Assembly: GCA_041583595.1 (NCBI GenBank)
Contig: JBFHFM010000001.1
Coordinates: forward strand, 1 to 42,832
Direction: 5' to 3'
Length of the DNA: 42,832 nucleotides
DNA from: Trichloromonas sp.
GTDB taxonomy: Bacteria; Desulfobacterota; Desulfuromonadia; Desulfuromonadales; Trichloromonadaceae
The notes under the pieces were generated by a model. The model worked only from the letters and a program-made list of their open reading frames with translations. It searched no databases and had not been told where the DNA came from. Position numbers and translations under genes: made by a program. Positions 10,902 to 22,499 of this stretch are shown in pieces (within the stretch, counting starts at the first letter, position 1; each line of letters starts with the position of its first letter).

Positions 10902-12212
10902 TTAACCGTGACGGCCCTTGAGGGTAACGCCCTTCATAAAACCTTCATACGACCTGGAAATCAGATGTGCCTCAATCTGAGATGCCGTATCCAAACCAAC
11001 ACCTACAACAATCAGAAGAGATGTCCCACCAAAATAAAACGGGAGACTCAACTTGCCAATCAGAAGAGTCGGCAGCACGCACACAACCGATACATATATA
11101 GCACCGGCAAAAGTAAGCCGGCCGAGAACCATATCGATATACTCTGCCGTTGGCTTGCCAGGCCTGATCCCGGGAATGTACCCACCCTGCTTTTTCACAT
11201 TGTCGGCGACATCAACCGGGTTGAATGTCACAGCCGTGTAGAAGTAACAGAAGAAGACGATTAATGCAACGAAAAAAACATTATAGAGCCAGTGGCTCGG
11301 CGTCATCATCGAAGCAAGAGTCTGCACCCAGCTGACATCAACCAGATTGGCCACCGTCGCCGGAAACATAATGATTGAACTGGCGAAAATTGGCGGGATA
11401 ACGCCGCTCATATTGACCTTGAGTGGCAAATGACTCGTCTGCCCCCCGTAATTACGCATTCCCACAACACGTTTAGCGTAATGAATGGGCAAACGGCGCT
11501 GGCCACGCTCCAGAAAGACAATGGCCCCAATCACCGCAACCATCAACACCAACACAGCCAAAGTAACGACTGGCGTAAGTGCTCCGGTAAGAATCAAACG
11601 AATGGAGTTAACGACCGCAGCGGGCATGTTGGCGACAATTCCGGCAAAGATAATCAGCGAAATACCATTACCAATGCCGCGCTCTGTAATCTGTTCGCCA
11701 AGCCACATAATAAAGGCCGTACCAGCAGTCAGAGTGATTACAGTCAAGAGGATGAACCCCATCCCCTGGTCAGGCACCACCAGTTCGCCAGCCGGACCTC
11801 GCATCGTCTGAAGGCCTACGGCAATACCAGTTCCCTGAATTATAGAGAGGAGTACGGTGCCATAGCGAGTCCACTTGGTAATTGTCTTGCGTCCCTGTTC
11901 ACCTTCGTTTTTGAGCCGTTCAACCGGTTCAAACACCACAGCCAGCAACTGCAAGATAATCGAGGCACTGATATAAGGCATAATGCCAAGCGCAAAGACC
12001 GTCATGCGCTCTAAGGCGCCACCGGTAAACGCACTGACCAGACCAAGCAAGGTCCCCTCAGTGCCTTCGAAAAACTTGCCGAGCACCTGTGCGTCAACCC
12101 CCGGAGTCGGCACATGACAACCGACCCGGTAAACAACCAGCATTCCCAGGGTGAACAAGATTCGCCGTCTGAGCTCAGGGATACTGAAAATGTTCTGGAT
12201 GGCTTTTATCAA
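10902..12212 (-). CDS. secY: Preprotein translocase SecY
   Basis: [56 protein letters not shown]; TTG start. Confidence 0.98.
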   Translation of the reverse strand: MIKAIQNIFSIPELRRRILFTLGMLVVYRVGCHVPTPGVDAQVLGKFFEGTEGTLLGLVSAFTGGALERMTVFALGIMPYISASIILQLLAVVFEPVERLKNEGEQGRKTITKWTRYGTVLLSIIQGTGIAVGLQTMRGPAGELVVPDQGMGFILLTVITLTAGTAFIMWLGEQITERGIGNGISLIIFAGIVANMPAAVVNSIRLILTGALTPVVTLAVLVLMVAVIGAIVFLERGQRRLPIHYAKRVVGMRNYGGQTSHLPLKVNMSGVIPPIFASSIIMFPATVANLVDVSWVQTLASMMTPSHWLYNVFFVALIVFFCYFYTAVTFNPVDVADNVKKQGGYIPGIRPGKPTAEYIDMVLGRLTFAGAIYVSVVCVLPTLLIGKLSLPFYFGGTSLLIVVGVGLDTASQIEAHLISRSYEGFMKGVTLKGRHG

Positions 12213-12213
12213 T

Positions 12214-12654
12214 TTAAATAACCTCGGCTTTGCCGCCAGCCGCCTCGATTTTTTCTTGAGCCGACTTGCTGAATTTATGAGCCTGGACAGTCAGTGCCTT
12301 AGAAAGGTCACCGTCACCAAGGATCTTAATGCCGTCAAGAACGTTGCTCACCAGACCGGCTTTGCCCAGCGCTGCCAGATCAACCACCATCCCAGCCTCA
12401 AATACATCAAGGTCGCGCAAATTGACCAGCGCATACACCTTTTTAGACAGGGGAGTAAACCCGCGTTTGGGAAGACGCCGCTGTAGAGGCATCTGACCAC
12501 CCTCGAACCCGGGTTTGATGCTGCCGCCACTACGGGCCTTCTGACCTTTGTGGCCCTTACCGGCAGTCTTTCCAGTGCCCGAACCTGCACCACGGCCAAT
12601 ACGTTTGCGATTTTTTGTCGAACCGATAGCCGGTTTCAAATTGCTCAGATCCAT
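12214..12654 (-). CDS. rplO: 50S ribosomal protein L15
   Basis: [30 protein letters not shown]. Start chosen at 12654 from GAGG RBS spacing. Confidence 0.96.
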   Translation of the reverse strand: MDLSNLKPAIGSTKNRKRIGRGAGSGTGKTAGKGHKGQKARSGGSIKPGFEGGQMPLQRRLPKRGFTPLSKKVYALVNLRDLDVFEAGMVVDLAALGKAGLVSNVLDGIKILGDGDLSKALTVQAHKFSKSAQEKIEAAGGKAEVI

Positions 12655-12673
12655 ATCCATATTCCTCAGCAAA

Positions 12674-12853
12674 TCAGTCCTGGACTTCGACCATGTGGCA
12701 AACCTTACGAATCATCCCCCGAATTTCCGGGGTATCTTTCAGGCAGACCGTCTTGTGAAGCTTGGTCAGTCCGAGGCCTTTAAGCACACGGGTAAAATAT
12801 TCTTTGCGGCCGATGCCGCTCTTCTTCAACGTAACCTTGATCTCTCCGGCCAT
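12674..12853 (-). CDS. rpmD: 50S ribosomal protein L30 (not in ORF track)
   Basis: Manual translation: [59 protein letters not shown] (59 aa), between rpsE and rplO. Confidence 0.95.
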   Translation of the reverse strand: MAGEIKVTLKKSGIGRKEYFTRVLKGLGLTKLHKTVCLKDTPEIRGMIRKVCHMVEVQD

Positions 12854-12876
12854 GACCTTCTCCTTGTCGGCGCGAG

Positions 12877-13371
12877 TTACTCTGCTGACGCCTGAATTCC
12901 ACGCCGTGCCATGATCTCCTCGGCGCTTTTAAGCTGAGAGAGGGCATTCACGGTCGCCTTGACCACGTTATGCGGATTATTGGAACCAAGGCACTTGGAA
13001 AGGATGTCACCAACACCAGCCACTTCCAGGACAGCACGGGCAGCGCCACCGGCGATAACGCCGGTACCGGCCGAAGCCGATTTCAACAGCACCTTACCAG
13101 CGCCAAACTTGCCCAGCACGTCGAAGGGAATGGTACGATCCTTCAAGGGAACCTTGATCAGGCTTTTCTTGGCCTGCTCGACCCCCTTGCGAATAGCCTC
13201 AGGAACCTCCTTGGCCTTCCCCATACCGTATCCAACATATCCTTGGCCGTCACCTACCACCACCAGGGCGGAGAAGCTGAAACGACGACCACCTTTAACG
13301 ACCTTGGAACAACGATTAATATGAATGACACGGTCGTTCAAGTTCAGTTCATTGGGATCGATGCGATGCAA
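12877..13371 (-). CDS. rpsE: 30S ribosomal protein S5
   Basis: [27 protein letters not shown]; TTG start. Confidence 0.98.
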   Translation of the reverse strand: MHRIDPNELNLNDRVIHINRCSKVVKGGRRFSFSALVVVGDGQGYVGYGMGKAKEVPEAIRKGVEQAKKSLIKVPLKDRTIPFDVLGKFGAGKVLLKSASAGTGVIAGGAARAVLEVAGVGDILSKCLGSNNPHNVVKATVNALSQLKSAEEIMARRGIQASAE

Positions 13372-13389
13372 AGATATCCTCCTTTAACT

Positions 13390-13758
13390 CTAGAAAGACA
13401 GGCCGGCTTCACGGGCAGCATCGGCCAGAGCCTTGATGCGACCATGATATAGGAAGCCGTTGCGGTCGAAAACCACCTGTTTGATATTCTTCTCCAGGGC
13501 CTTCTTGGCAATGGCCTGGCCCACCACTTTGGCCGCTTCAATATTTCCGGTGTTCTTAACACCGTCAACAAGATCTTTGGAAGCGGTCGAAGCAGTTACC
13601 AGGGTCCGCCCGGTAACATCTTCAATGATCTGCACATAAATGTGTTTGGAACTACGGAAGACACACAGACGGGGCCGTTCTTCAGTCCCCGTAACCTTCC
13701 GCCGCACTCGCACCTGACGCTTCATGCGTGCCAGACGTCTTTGATTTGCGACGCTCAC
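13390..13758 (-). CDS. rplR: 50S ribosomal protein L18
   Basis: [27 protein letters not shown]; GTG start. Confidence 0.98.
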   Translation of the reverse strand: MSVANQRRLARMKRQVRVRRKVTGTEERPRLCVFRSSKHIYVQIIEDVTGRTLVTASTASKDLVDGVKNTGNIEAAKVVGQAIAKKALEKNIKQVVFDRNGFLYHGRIKALADAAREAGLSF

Positions 13759-13784
13759 AGTCTTTCTCCTTAGCCTTAGATCAG

Positions 13785-14324
13785 TTATTTCTTACCGGTT
13801 TTGCCGGCTTTGCGCATAATACGTTCTTCGGCGTACTTAATGCCCTTGCCTTTATAAGGCTCGGGAGCGCGAAACGAACGAATCTTGGCAGCGGTGGCAC
13901 CGATGAGTTCTTTGTCGATGCCCTTCAGGGTGATCTTGGTCTGCTTCTCTACCTCAGCGTCAATACCCTTAGGAAGGGGATATTCAACAGGATGAGAATA
14001 ACCTAGGGCCAAGTTCAGAACCGCTCCTTTCATCTCGGCGCGATAACCAACGCCGTTAATTTGAAGAACGCGCTCGTAGCCTTTGGTAACACCTTCGACC
14101 ATGTTGGCGACCAGGGTGCGGGTCAAGCCTTGCAGTGAAGTATCTACACGCACACCCTCAGGACGCTTGACCACAATAGAGTCGGCCTCAACGGATACTG
14201 AAACCGTCGCCGGAAGGACCCGGCTGAGCTGACCTTTCGGCCCCTGCACACTGATGGTTTCCCCGGCAAGTGATACCTTGACCCCAGCAGGGATCGCAAT
14301 GGGGTTTTTCCCAATTCTAGACAT
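13785..14324 (-). CDS. rplF: 50S ribosomal protein L6
   Basis: [23 protein letters not shown]. Confidence 0.98.
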   Translation of the reverse strand: MSRIGKNPIAIPAGVKVSLAGETISVQGPKGQLSRVLPATVSVSVEADSIVVKRPEGVRVDTSLQGLTRTLVANMVEGVTKGYERVLQINGVGYRAEMKGAVLNLALGYSHPVEYPLPKGIDAEVEKQTKITLKGIDKELIGATAAKIRSFRAPEPYKGKGIKYAEERIMRKAGKTGKK

Positions 14325-14348
14325 TGTATAAACTCCTTACCCGTATCC

Positions 14349-14747
14349 TTACCAGACGGTGCAGAGGAGCTCGCCGCCCACCTGCGCCTTGCGGGCAGCC
14401 GCATCGTCCATCAGTCCCTGGGATGTCGACAAAATGGCACATCCGAGGCCGTTTTTGATCATGGGGATTTCATCTTTCCCCACATAAACACGCCGACCGG
14501 GAGTAGAAACCCGCTTAATTTCATGAATCACGTGTTGGTTGTCGTTATCAAATTTTAGATAGATCTTCAACACGCCTTGCTTGTCATCGCTGATACTCTT
14601 GAAATTCTTGATATATCCAAGATCCTTGAGCACCGAAGCCAGAGCTTCTTTAATTGTGGACGAAGGGATGTCCAACTTCGGATGCTTCGCAAGGCCCGCA
14701 TTACGGATGCGGGTCAGCATATCCGCGATAGGATCAGTCATTGCCAT
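14349..14747 (-). CDS. rpsH: 30S ribosomal protein S8
   Basis: [28 protein letters not shown]. Confidence 0.98.
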   Translation of the reverse strand: MAMTDPIADMLTRIRNAGLAKHPKLDIPSSTIKEALASVLKDLGYIKNFKSISDDKQGVLKIYLKFDNDNQHVIHEIKRVSTPGRRVYVGKDEIPMIKNGLGCAILSTSQGLMDDAAARKAQVGGELLCTVW

Positions 14748-14770
14748 GGATGCAGCTCCTTAATTTCTCT

Positions 14771-14956
14771 TTACCAGCTCGACTTGATAATGCCGGGAAG
14801 CTTACCTTCCAACGCCAGCTTGCGCAGGCAAATCCGGCACATGTCAAATTTACGATAATAGGCTTTGGGTCGACCACACAGAGGGCAGCGGTTATGTTGC
14901 CGCACCCCAAACTTACCAGGCCGATTCGCCTTTATTACCATTGATTTTTTCGCCAC
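14771..14956 (-). CDS. rpsN: 30S ribosomal protein S14, short zinc-binding (type Z) form
   Basis: 61 aa, RCPLCGR...[15 protein letters not shown]; GTG start. Confidence 0.97.
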   Translation of the reverse strand: MAKKSMVIKANRPGKFGVRQHNRCPLCGRPKAYYRKFDMCRICLRKLALEGKLPGIIKSSW

Positions 14957-14980
14957 TTTTTCCTCCGCTATCCGTCCGAC

Positions 14981-15520
14981 TTATTTCCTGAAAGGCATGC
15001 CCATGGCCGCCAGAAGAGCACGTCCCTCTTCATCGGTTCTGGCCGTGGTAACAATGGTCACGTTCAACCCCTTGACTTTATCGATCTTTTCGAAATCGAT
15101 TTCCGGAAAGATGATTTCTTCGCGAATGCCAAGGGTGTAGTTCCCGCGACCGTCAAAGCCTTTAGGAGACACGCCCTTAAAGTCACGTACACGAGGCAGG
15201 GCAATATTGATAAGGCGATCCAGAAATTCATACGCACGTTCACGTCGCAGGGTGACGCGGCAGCCAATCGGCATCCCCTCACGCAGCTTAAAGGTCGCGA
15301 TAGACTTCTTAGCCTTGGTCACAACAGCTTTCTGCCCGGTGATGTTGGTGAGTTCCTCAACAGCGGCTTCGAGCACCTTGATATTCTGAATAGCCTCCCC
15401 GAGGCCCATATTAACAGAGACTTTCAAAATTCGGGGGACTTCCATTACGTTGTTGAGCTGCAGGTCTTTCTTGAGCTGAGGCAACAGCTCGACCTGGTAT
15501 TGTTCTTTCAGTCTTGCCAT
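14981..15520 (-). CDS. rplE: 50S ribosomal protein L5
   Basis: [31 protein letters not shown]. Confidence 0.98.
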   Translation of the reverse strand: MARLKEQYQVELLPQLKKDLQLNNVMEVPRILKVSVNMGLGEAIQNIKVLEAAVEELTNITGQKAVVTKAKKSIATFKLREGMPIGCRVTLRRERAYEFLDRLINIALPRVRDFKGVSPKGFDGRGNYTLGIREEIIFPEIDFEKIDKVKGLNVTIVTTARTDEEGRALLAAMGMPFRK

Positions 15521-15532
15521 GGAAATCCTCCG

Positions 15533-15862
15533 TTACTTATCCACGATCTCGTTGCATTTTTTACAGTAGCGGACCTTGCTGCCATCCTCAAGTACGCGAA
15601 TTCCAGTACGGGTCGGCTTGCTGCAGGCGCCACAAAGAAGCTGAACATTAGAAGCATCCAGAGGAGCTTCTTTCTCAACGATGCCACCTTCCTGGTTCGT
15701 CCGGGAAGGGCGGGTGTGCCGCTTGACCACGTTGAGACCTTCTACTTTAAGCCGGCCTTTGCCCGGGAAAATCCGCATCACTTTACCGGATTTACCCTTT
15801 TCCTTGCCAGCGATAATCATCACCATGTCATCTTTTTTGACATGAAGGTTTTTAGCCGCCAT
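15533..15862 (-). CDS. rplX: 50S ribosomal protein L24
   Basis: KOW motif [32 protein letters not shown]. Confidence 0.97.
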   Translation of the reverse strand: MAAKNLHVKKDDMVMIIAGKEKGKSGKVMRIFPGKGRLKVEGLNVVKRHTRPSRTNQEGGIVEKEAPLDASNVQLLCGACSKPTRTGIRVLEDGSKVRYCKKCNEIVDK

Positions 15863-15888
15863 TATCTTATATCTCCCAGTAATCTTTT

Positions 15889-16257
15889 TTAAAGGACTTC
15901 AGGCGCCAGCGAAACGATTTTCATATAGCGTTTGGCGCGCAATTCACGAGCGACCGGTCCAAAGATACGGGTTCCGATGGGCTCCCCTCCGACATTGACC
16001 ACAACAGCGGAGTTGGTGTCAAAACGGATGAATGATCCATCCTGGCGGGGAACCTCCTTGGCCGTCCTAACGATGACGGCGCGTACAACATCGCCTTTCT
16101 TGACCTTCGAGTTAGGAAGGGCTTCCTTGACGGAGCAGATAATAATATCTCCAAGTCCGGCATATTTGCGTTTGGAGCCACCGAGCACCTTAATGCAGCA
16201 GAGTTTCCGTGCCCCGGAGTTGTCTGCGACATCAAGCATGGTCTGCATCTGGATCAT
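15889..16257 (-). CDS. rplN: 50S ribosomal protein L14
   Basis: [26 protein letters not shown]. Confidence 0.99.
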   Translation of the reverse strand: MIQMQTMLDVADNSGARKLCCIKVLGGSKRKYAGLGDIIICSVKEALPNSKVKKGDVVRAVIVRTAKEVPRQDGSFIRFDTNSAVVVNVGGEPIGTRIFGPVARELRAKRYMKIVSLAPEVL

Positions 16258-16269
16258 GACTTGTATCTC

Positions 16270-16536
16270 CTAAACGGTTACGTTTTTTTCGAGGATCTCA
16301 CGGACTCTCCACCGCTTGTCACGAGACAGCGGTCTGGTCTCCACGATAAGAATCTTGTCGCCGATGGCACAGCTATTCTGCTCATCGTGCGCCTTATAAG
16401 TGACCCTGCGCTTGATATATTTCTTGTAAACAGGATGTTTGATCAGCTGGTCGACCTTAACCACTACGGTCTTTTCCATCTTATCGCTGACAACAATCCC
16501 GACTCGGGTTTTTTTATTTCCACGTTCAGTCGTCAT
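16270..16536 (-). CDS. rpsQ: 30S ribosomal protein S17
   Basis: [28 protein letters not shown]. Confidence 0.98.
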   Translation of the reverse strand: MTTERGNKKTRVGIVVSDKMEKTVVVKVDQLIKHPVYKKYIKRRVTYKAHDEQNSCAIGDKILIVETRPLSRDKRWRVREILEKNVTV

Positions 16537-16556
16537 ATCCGTCCTCGTACTCCTCG

Positions 16557-16745
16557 TTATCCCTGTTTCTGCTGCAGCACGGTCTTAGCCCGGGCAATGT
16601 CTTTTTTTACCTGAGGAATCCGGGCGGTATTTTCGAGGTGTCCGGTATGCAGCTGAAATCTCAGATTGAACAATTCCTGGTTCAATTCTTCAGTTTTCGT
16701 CTCCAGCTCCTCGATACTGAGAGCCTTCATTTCCTTAGCATTCAT
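16557..16745 (-). CDS. rpmC: 50S ribosomal protein L29
   Basis: [17 protein letters not shown]; overlaps rplP by 11 nt. Confidence 0.97.
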   Translation of the reverse strand: MNAKEMKALSIEELETKTEELNQELFNLRFQLHTGHLENTARIPQVKKDIARAKTVLQQKQG

Positions 16746-17160
16746 TAACCAACTCCTCCCTCATAACAAACTTGGTCTTCATCGGGAGTTTATGGGCAGC
16801 AAGACGAAGCGCCTCACGGGCAACTTCTTGTTCAACCCCCTGCATTTCGTACAGAACAACGCCAGGGCGAATCACGGCGACCCAACTATCAGGGGACCCC
16901 TTACCTTTACCCATACGAGTTTCTGCAGGCTTACGAGTGAGGGGCTTATCCGGAAAAACACGAATCCAGATCTTGCCACCACGCTTAACATAGCGGGTCA
17001 TGGCACGACGAGCCGCTTCAATCTGTCGAGAGGACAACCAGCCGCACTCAATTGCTTGCAGGCCGAAGTCACCAAAGTTCAGATCAGTTCCACCCTTAGC
17101 GGCGCCCTTCATGCGCCCCTTAAAAGTCTTTCTATGCTTAACCTTTTTAGGCATTAACAT
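16735..17160 (-). CDS. rplP: 50S ribosomal protein L16
   Basis: [27 protein letters not shown]. Confidence 0.99.
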   Translation of the reverse strand: MLMPKKVKHRKTFKGRMKGAAKGGTDLNFGDFGLQAIECGWLSSRQIEAARRAMTRYVKRGGKIWIRVFPDKPLTRKPAETRMGKGKGSPDSWVAVIRPGVVLYEMQGVEQEVAREALRLAAHKLPMKTKFVMREELVNEC

Positions 17161-17184
17161 GACTTGCTTACTCCTATTGCGGTC

Positions 17185-17823
17185 TTATTGCCGTTCCCGT
17201 ACGAGAACTTCGCCCTTGAAGATAAGCACCTTGACACCGATAATGCCATAAGTGGTCTTCGCTTCGGCGAAACCATAATCGATGTCAGCGCGAAGAGTAT
17301 GCAGGGGCACGCGACCCTCGCGGTACCACTCGGTCCGGCTCATCTCAGCGCCACCCAGACGGCCTGCGCAGGTGATCTTGATCCCCTGACTGCCGAACTT
17401 GAGAGCCATGCTGACACTTTTCTTCATCGCACGACGGAAGGCAACCCGCCGTTCGAGTTGTAAAGCTACGCTTTCGGCAACCAACTGGGCATCGATTTCC
17501 GGTTTGCGCACTTCTTGGATATTTATGAAGATTTCTTTATCGGTGAGTTTGGCCAGCTCTTTTTTGAGCGCTTCAACCTCAGAACCTTTTTTACCGATAA
17601 TAATCCCAGGACGTGCTGCGAAAATGTTAATCTTCGCCTTGTTAGCGGCACGTTCCAGTTCAATCTTGGAAATACCGGCGTGATATAGTCTTTTCTTGAG
17701 GTAATTCCGAAGCTTGATATCTTCGTGTAGCAGCTTGGCATAATCAGCCTCTGCATACCACTTGGAATCCCAAGTCTTAATGATTCCCAACCGGAATCCT
17801 ATTGGATGTACTTTCTGGCCCAA
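17185..17823 (-). CDS. rpsC: 30S ribosomal protein S3
   Basis: [37 protein letters not shown]; TTG start. Confidence 0.99.
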   Translation of the reverse strand: MGQKVHPIGFRLGIIKTWDSKWYAEADYAKLLHEDIKLRNYLKKRLYHAGISKIELERAANKAKINIFAARPGIIIGKKGSEVEALKKELAKLTDKEIFINIQEVRKPEIDAQLVAESVALQLERRVAFRRAMKKSVSMALKFGSQGIKITCAGRLGGAEMSRTEWYREGRVPLHTLRADIDYGFAEAKTTYGIIGVKVLIFKGEVLVRERQ

Positions 17824-17842
17824 ACTATCACCTCCTCACAAT

Positions 17843-18175
17843 CTACTTTTCGTCAAGAATCACAGTAATGTGGCTTGTAGGTTTACGAATCTTAGTCGCA
17901 CGCCCCTGTGCACGAGGCATGAAGCGTTTAAGAACAGGCCCCTGGTCGACGCTGATCGCCTTGACCACAAGCCGGTCAACGTCGGATACCCCCCGTTGCT
18001 CTGCATTAGCGACCGCAGAACTCACCAGCTTGGAAACAATGGCGGCGGATTTCTGCGGAGAGAACTTGAGGATATTCAGTGCATCCTGTACTCCCTTGCC
18101 ACGCACCATGTCTACAACCAGGCGGGTTTTTTGCGGAGAAAGGCGCACATAACTCAGTTTAGCTCTGGCTTCCAT
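17843..18175 (-). CDS. rplV: 50S ribosomal protein L22
   Basis: SPQKTRLVVD, SAVANA, PRAQGRA, TSHITV. Confidence 0.98.
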   Translation of the reverse strand: MEARAKLSYVRLSPQKTRLVVDMVRGKGVQDALNILKFSPQKSAAIVSKLVSSAVANAEQRGVSDVDRLVVKAISVDQGPVLKRFMPRAQGRATKIRKPTSHITVILDEK

Positions 18176-18198
18176 GAATGAAACTCCTATGCAGGATC

Positions 18199-18477
18199 TT
18201 ATCTTTTCTTGCTTTTCTTATCCGCACCGTGGCCATAGTAAGTCCGGGTCGGTGAGAACTCGCCGAGCTTGTGGCCAACCATGTTTTCGGAAACAAAAAC
18301 AGGGATGAATTTCTTGCCGTTATTCACGGCGAAGGTCAGGCCGACAAATTCAGGGACGATGGTGGAACGCCGAGACCAGGTTTTAATAACCTTTTTATTA
18401 CTGGCGCCACCTTCAGCTTCAATTTTACGCAAAAGGCTTTCCTCGACGTACGGCCCTTTTTTGATTGATCTAGCCAC
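18199..18477 (-). CDS. rpsS: 30S ribosomal protein S19
   Basis: [28 protein letters not shown]; GTG start. Confidence 0.98.
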   Translation of the reverse strand: MARSIKKGPYVEESLLRKIEAEGGASNKKVIKTWSRRSTIVPEFVGLTFAVNNGKKFIPVFVSENMVGHKLGEFSPTRTYYGHGADKKSKKR

Positions 18478-18504
18478 TGCCTTCTCCTCTATTACAAAGA
18501 AACG

Positions 18505-19329
18505 TTATTTCTTACGACGGCGGACGATGAACTTGTCCGTGCGCTTGTTGCTCCGGGTCTTGTAACCCTTGGTCGGCACACCCCAAGGAGTGACCGGGTG
18601 ACGCCCACCGGAACTCTTGCCTTCACCACCACCGTGGGGATGGTCTACCGGGTTCATGGCGACGCCTCGACTCTGCGGGCGAATACCAAGCCAACGGTTA
18701 CGACCAGCCTTACCGATATTGACATTCTCATGATCCAAGTTGCCAACCTGGCCGACAGTCGCACAGCAATCCTGCAGAACCAGACGAACTTCGCCAGAAG
18801 GCAGACGCAATTGAGCGTACTTTCCTTCTTTAGCGGCAATCATCGCATAGGTGCCGGCGCTGCGAGCCAACTGACCACCCTTGCCGATCTTGAGTTCAAT
18901 ATTGTGTACCCAGGTACCCAAAGGGATCGAACGGATCGCCATTGCGTTACCGGGTTTAATATCGGCATGCTCACTGGCAATCAGGGTATCCCCAACCGCA
19001 ATACCGTGGGGTGCCAGGATGTAGCGCTTCTCGCCGTCAGCATAATTCAGCAGAGCGATACGGGAAGAACGATTAGGGTCGTATTCAACGGAAACAACCT
19101 TAGCCGGTATCTCTTTTTTGTCCCGCTTAAAGTCGATGATCCTGTACTTGCGCTTATGGCCACCACCAGTATGGCGCTTGGTGATACGACCGTAGTTGTT
19201 GCGCCCACCGGTACGTTTGAGAGGCGCAACAAGCGACTTCTCAGGAGTGGAAGTCGTTATCTCCTCGAAAGAGGAGGAGGTCATGTTACGACGACCCGGC
19301 GAGGTCGGTTTAAACTTTTTGATCGCCAT
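18505..19329 (-). CDS. rplB: 50S ribosomal protein L2
   Basis: [33 protein letters not shown]. Confidence 0.99.
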   Translation of the reverse strand: MAIKKFKPTSPGRRNMTSSSFEEITTSTPEKSLVAPLKRTGGRNNYGRITKRHTGGGHKRKYRIIDFKRDKKEIPAKVVSVEYDPNRSSRIALLNYADGEKRYILAPHGIAVGDTLIASEHADIKPGNAMAIRSIPLGTWVHNIELKIGKGGQLARSAGTYAMIAAKEGKYAQLRLPSGEVRLVLQDCCATVGQVGNLDHENVNIGKAGRNRWLGIRPQSRGVAMNPVDHPHGGGEGKSSGGRHPVTPWGVPTKGYKTRSNKRTDKFIVRRRKK

Positions 19330-19361
19330 TATAGTAACTCCGTATCGCTTGATAACAAACC

Positions 19362-19649
19362 TTAGACACCGAAGAAATCGATGCTGCTGCCCTCTTCAAG
19401 GGTCACGTACGCCTTTTTCCAGTTCGGACGCTTGCCGAAACTGCGACCAACGCGCTTGACCTTGCCAGCAACCAGGCTCGTATTGACATTTTTGACTTTA
19501 ACGTCAAAAGCTTTTTCGACTGCCTGCTTAATCTCGATCTTATTGGCAACAATGGAGACTTCGAAGGCTACAATCGGACCAGTTTCTTTCTGAAGACTGG
19601 TCTTCTCAGTGATCAGCGGCTTCTTGATAATCTGATGCAGCGGTTTCAT
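19362..19649 (-). CDS. rplW: 50S ribosomal protein L23
   Basis: [25 protein letters not shown]; ATGA overlap with rplD. Confidence 0.97.
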   Translation of the reverse strand: MKPLHQIIKKPLITEKTSLQKETGPIVAFEVSIVANKIEIKQAVEKAFDVKVKNVNTSLVAGKVKRVGRSFGKRPNWKKAYVTLEEGSSIDFFGV

Positions 19650-20269
19650 GACGCTAATGCTCCTTCCAGCTGAGAAACAGCCCCCTCAGTAACAACAAGA
19701 TGGGGGTATTTCAGCACATCGTACACATTGACCCCTTCAGCACGCAGAACCTTGACATTCGGCAGGTTGCGAGCAGACAACTCGAGGTTCGTGTTTTCAC
19801 CGTCGATCACCACCAGCACCTTGGCCAACTCGAAGCGCTTCAGAACTTCGACAAATCCCTTGGTGCTAATCTGATCGAGCTCAATGGCGTTAAGCACGGT
19901 CAATTTCTCTTCCTTGAAGCGTACCGAAAGAGCACTGCGCAGAGCAGCTTTTTTGACCTTGCGATTCAGCTTGAAGGTGTAGTCACGAGGAGTCGGCCCA
20001 AAGGCCGTACCACCACCGACATAATGAGGAGCACGAATGCAACCCTGGCGGGCGTTACCAGTCCCCTTCTGCTTGTATGGTTTTTTGCCGCCGCCGGAAA
20101 CTTCGCTGCGGGTCTTGGTCTTGGACGTTCCCTGACGACGAGCCGCCAGCTGGTAACGAACCATATCATGAAGCAGGTAACCACGAACGGCATCATTGAA
20201 CACGCCGTCAGCGAGCTCTCGCTCTGACACCTGATTTTTATTTATATCGTAGACAATAACGCTAGCCAT
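19646..20269 (-). CDS. rplD: 50S ribosomal protein L4
   Basis: [30 protein letters not shown]. Start set at ATG 20269. Confidence 0.97.
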   Translation of the reverse strand: MASVIVYDINKNQVSERELADGVFNDAVRGYLLHDMVRYQLAARRQGTSKTKTRSEVSGGGKKPYKQKGTGNARQGCIRAPHYVGGGTAFGPTPRDYTFKLNRKVKKAALRSALSVRFKEEKLTVLNAIELDQISTKGFVEVLKRFELAKVLVVIDGENTNLELSARNLPNVKVLRAEGVNVYDVLKYPHLVVTEGAVSQLEGALAS

Positions 20270-20301
20270 CGATCTATCTCCCACGCCTCATTTCAACGAG
20301 G

Positions 20302-20937
20302 TTATTTTTTGGCTTTAACACCTTTACGGATCGTAACCAGCCCGTTTTTAGGGCCAGGAACGGCACCCTTAACCAAGATCAGGTTCTCCTCTGCACGGAC
20401 ATCGACGATCACCAGGTTCTGAGTGGTGACCTGTGCATTACCCATCTGGCCAGCCATCTTCTTCCCTTTAAAAACACGGGAAGGCCAGGCACTGCAGCCG
20501 ATTGAGCCAGGAGCACGATGAAACTTGGAGCCATGGCTGGCACGGCCTCCCGAGAAATTCCAACGCTTGATAACCCCCTGAAACCCTTTACCCTTACTGG
20601 TTCCAACAACATCAATAATGTCGCCAGCTGTAAAAACATCACAGTTGATCTCATCACCGACATTGAATTCATCAACATTCTCGACCCGGAACTCGCGAAG
20701 GTGACTAAAAGCCCCCTTGCCAGCCTTCTTAAAATGTCCCATCTCTGGCTGATTGGTCCGGTGCGCCTTGCGGGGACCGAATCCTACCTGAATCGCATTG
20801 TAACCGTCGACAGCGACAGTCTTCTTCTGCAGGACCACACAAGGTCCCGCCTCGACCACCGTCACCGGGATCCTCCTGCCATCCATGGCGAAAACCTGGG
20901 TCATCCCCAGTTTCTTACCCAAGATTCCCTGTATCAT
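20302..20937 (-). CDS. rplC: 50S ribosomal protein L3
   Basis: [30 protein letters not shown]. Confidence 0.99.
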   Translation of the reverse strand: MIQGILGKKLGMTQVFAMDGRRIPVTVVEAGPCVVLQKKTVAVDGYNAIQVGFGPRKAHRTNQPEMGHFKKAGKGAFSHLREFRVENVDEFNVGDEINCDVFTAGDIIDVVGTSKGKGFQGVIKRWNFSGGRASHGSKFHRAPGSIGCSAWPSRVFKGKKMAGQMGNAQVTTQNLVIVDVRAEENLILVKGAVPGPKNGLVTIRKGVKAKK

Positions 20938-20970
20938 TGCACGTACCCTTACCTTGAATGTGTAGTTACC

Positions 20971-21279
20971 TTAAAGCTTGATTTCCACGTCAACGCCGGC
21001 GGACAGGTCCAGCTTCATCAGGGCATCGACGGTCTGCTGAGTCGGATCGAGAATGTCAAGAAGACGCTTGTGAGTGCGCATCTCGAACTGCTCGCGGCTC
21101 TTCTTGTCGACATGGGGACCGCGCAGAACACAGTATTTATTAATAATCGTCGGCAGAGGCACGGGGCCGGCAACCCGGGCGCCTGTGCGCTTGGCGGTAT
21201 CGACGATCTCGTTAACGGAGAGATCGAGAAGCTTATGGTCATAAGCTTTCAAACGGATTCTGATCTTCTGGCTCGGCAT
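20971..21279 (-). CDS. rpsJ: 30S ribosomal protein S10
   Basis: [30 protein letters not shown]. Confidence 0.99.
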   Translation of the reverse strand: MPSQKIRIRLKAYDHKLLDLSVNEIVDTAKRTGARVAGPVPLPTIINKYCVLRGPHVDKKSREQFEMRTHKRLLDILDPTQQTVDALMKLDLSAGVDVEIKL

Positions 21280-21294
21280 GTGAATTATCCTCTA

Positions 21295-22485
21295 TTAAGC
21301 TATGATATCGCTGACGACGCCGGCGCCGACAGTACGGCCACCCTCACGGATAGCGAAACGCAGCTCCTTGTCCATCGCGATCGGAGTGATCAGCTCGACA
21401 GTCATGGCGATATTGTCGCCGGGCATGACCATCTCAACACCTTCGGGCAGCTCGACAACACCGGTCACGTCAGTGGTCCGGAAGTAAAACTGAGGGCGAT
21501 AGCCCTTGAAGAACGGGGTATGACGTCCACCCTCTTCCTTGGTCAGGATGTAGGCTTCGGCCTTAAACTTGGTATGCGGAGTAATGCTGCCGGGCTTGGC
21601 CAGAACCTGACCACGCTCGATGTCCTCGCGCTTGATGCCGCGCAGCAGGATCCCGACGTTGTCGCCAGCCTGACCCTGATCGAGCAGCTTGCGGAACATT
21701 TCGACGCCGGTGACAACCGTCTTGGCGGTGTCTTTCATGCCGACAATCGCAACCTCTTCCTGTACCTTGACAATGCCGCGCTCGATACGACCGGTGGCAA
21801 CAGTACCGCGCCCGGAAATCGAGAAAACATCTTCAACCGGCATCAGGAACGGACGATCGATAGCACGCTCGGGCTCAGGAATGTAGCTGTCGACGGCAGC
21901 CATCAGCTCAAGAACTTTGTTCTTGCCGATTTCGTCGTCACGGCCTTCGAGGGCAGCCAGAGCGCTACCGGCGATGATCGGAATGTCGTCGCCAGGAAAG
22001 TCATAAGAAGAAAGCAGCTCACGCAGTTCCAACTCAACCAGTTCCATCAGCTCTTCGTCATCGACCATATCGGCTTTGTTCAGAAACACGACCATGGCAG
22101 GAACGCCAACCTGACGGGCCAGCAGGATGTGCTCGCGAGTCTGAGGCATCGGGCCATCAGCGGCTGAACAGACCAGAATCGCGCCGTCCATCTGCGCCGC
22201 ACCGGTGATCATGTTTTTAACGTAGTCGGCGTGACCGGGGCAGTCAACGTGTGCGTAATGACGATTGGCGGTTTCGTATTCGACGTGAGCGGTGGCAATA
22301 GTAATACCGCGCTCACGCTCCTCAGGAGCGTTGTCGATCATATCGAAGGCCTTGAATACCGCGCCGCCCGACTCAGCCAACACCTTGGTGATAGCAGCAG
22401 TCAGAGTGGTTTTACCATGGTCAACATGACCAATGGTCCCGATATTGACATGGGGCTTGGTTCTTTCATATTTAGCTTTGGACAT
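21295..22485 (-). CDS. tuf: Elongation factor Tu (str-operon copy)
   Basis: [27 protein letters not shown]; directly after fusA. Confidence 0.99.
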   Translation of the reverse strand: MSKAKYERTKPHVNIGTIGHVDHGKTTLTAAITKVLAESGGAVFKAFDMIDNAPEERERGITIATAHVEYETANRHYAHVDCPGHADYVKNMITGAAQMDGAILVCSAADGPMPQTREHILLARQVGVPAMVVFLNKADMVDDEELMELVELELRELLSSYDFPGDDIPIIAGSALAALEGRDDEIGKNKVLELMAAVDSYIPEPERAIDRPFLMPVEDVFSISGRGTVATGRIERGIVKVQEEVAIVGMKDTAKTVVTGVEMFRKLLDQGQAGDNVGILLRGIKREDIERGQVLAKPGSITPHTKFKAEAYILTKEEGGRHTPFFKGYRPQFYFRTTDVTGVVELPEGVEMVMPGDNIAMTVELITPIAMDKELRFAIREGGRTVGAGVVSDIIA

Positions 22486-22499
22486 GAACTGAGTCTCCT

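Noticed and set aside
20518-22167. Long plus-strand ORFs (549 aa here; also 2-1378, 23142-24257, 27019-28233, 31108-32838, 37774-39030, 39166-40410)
   Set aside because: They are antisense shadows of conserved, codon-biased genes, have no recognisable motifs, and some run across tRNAs.
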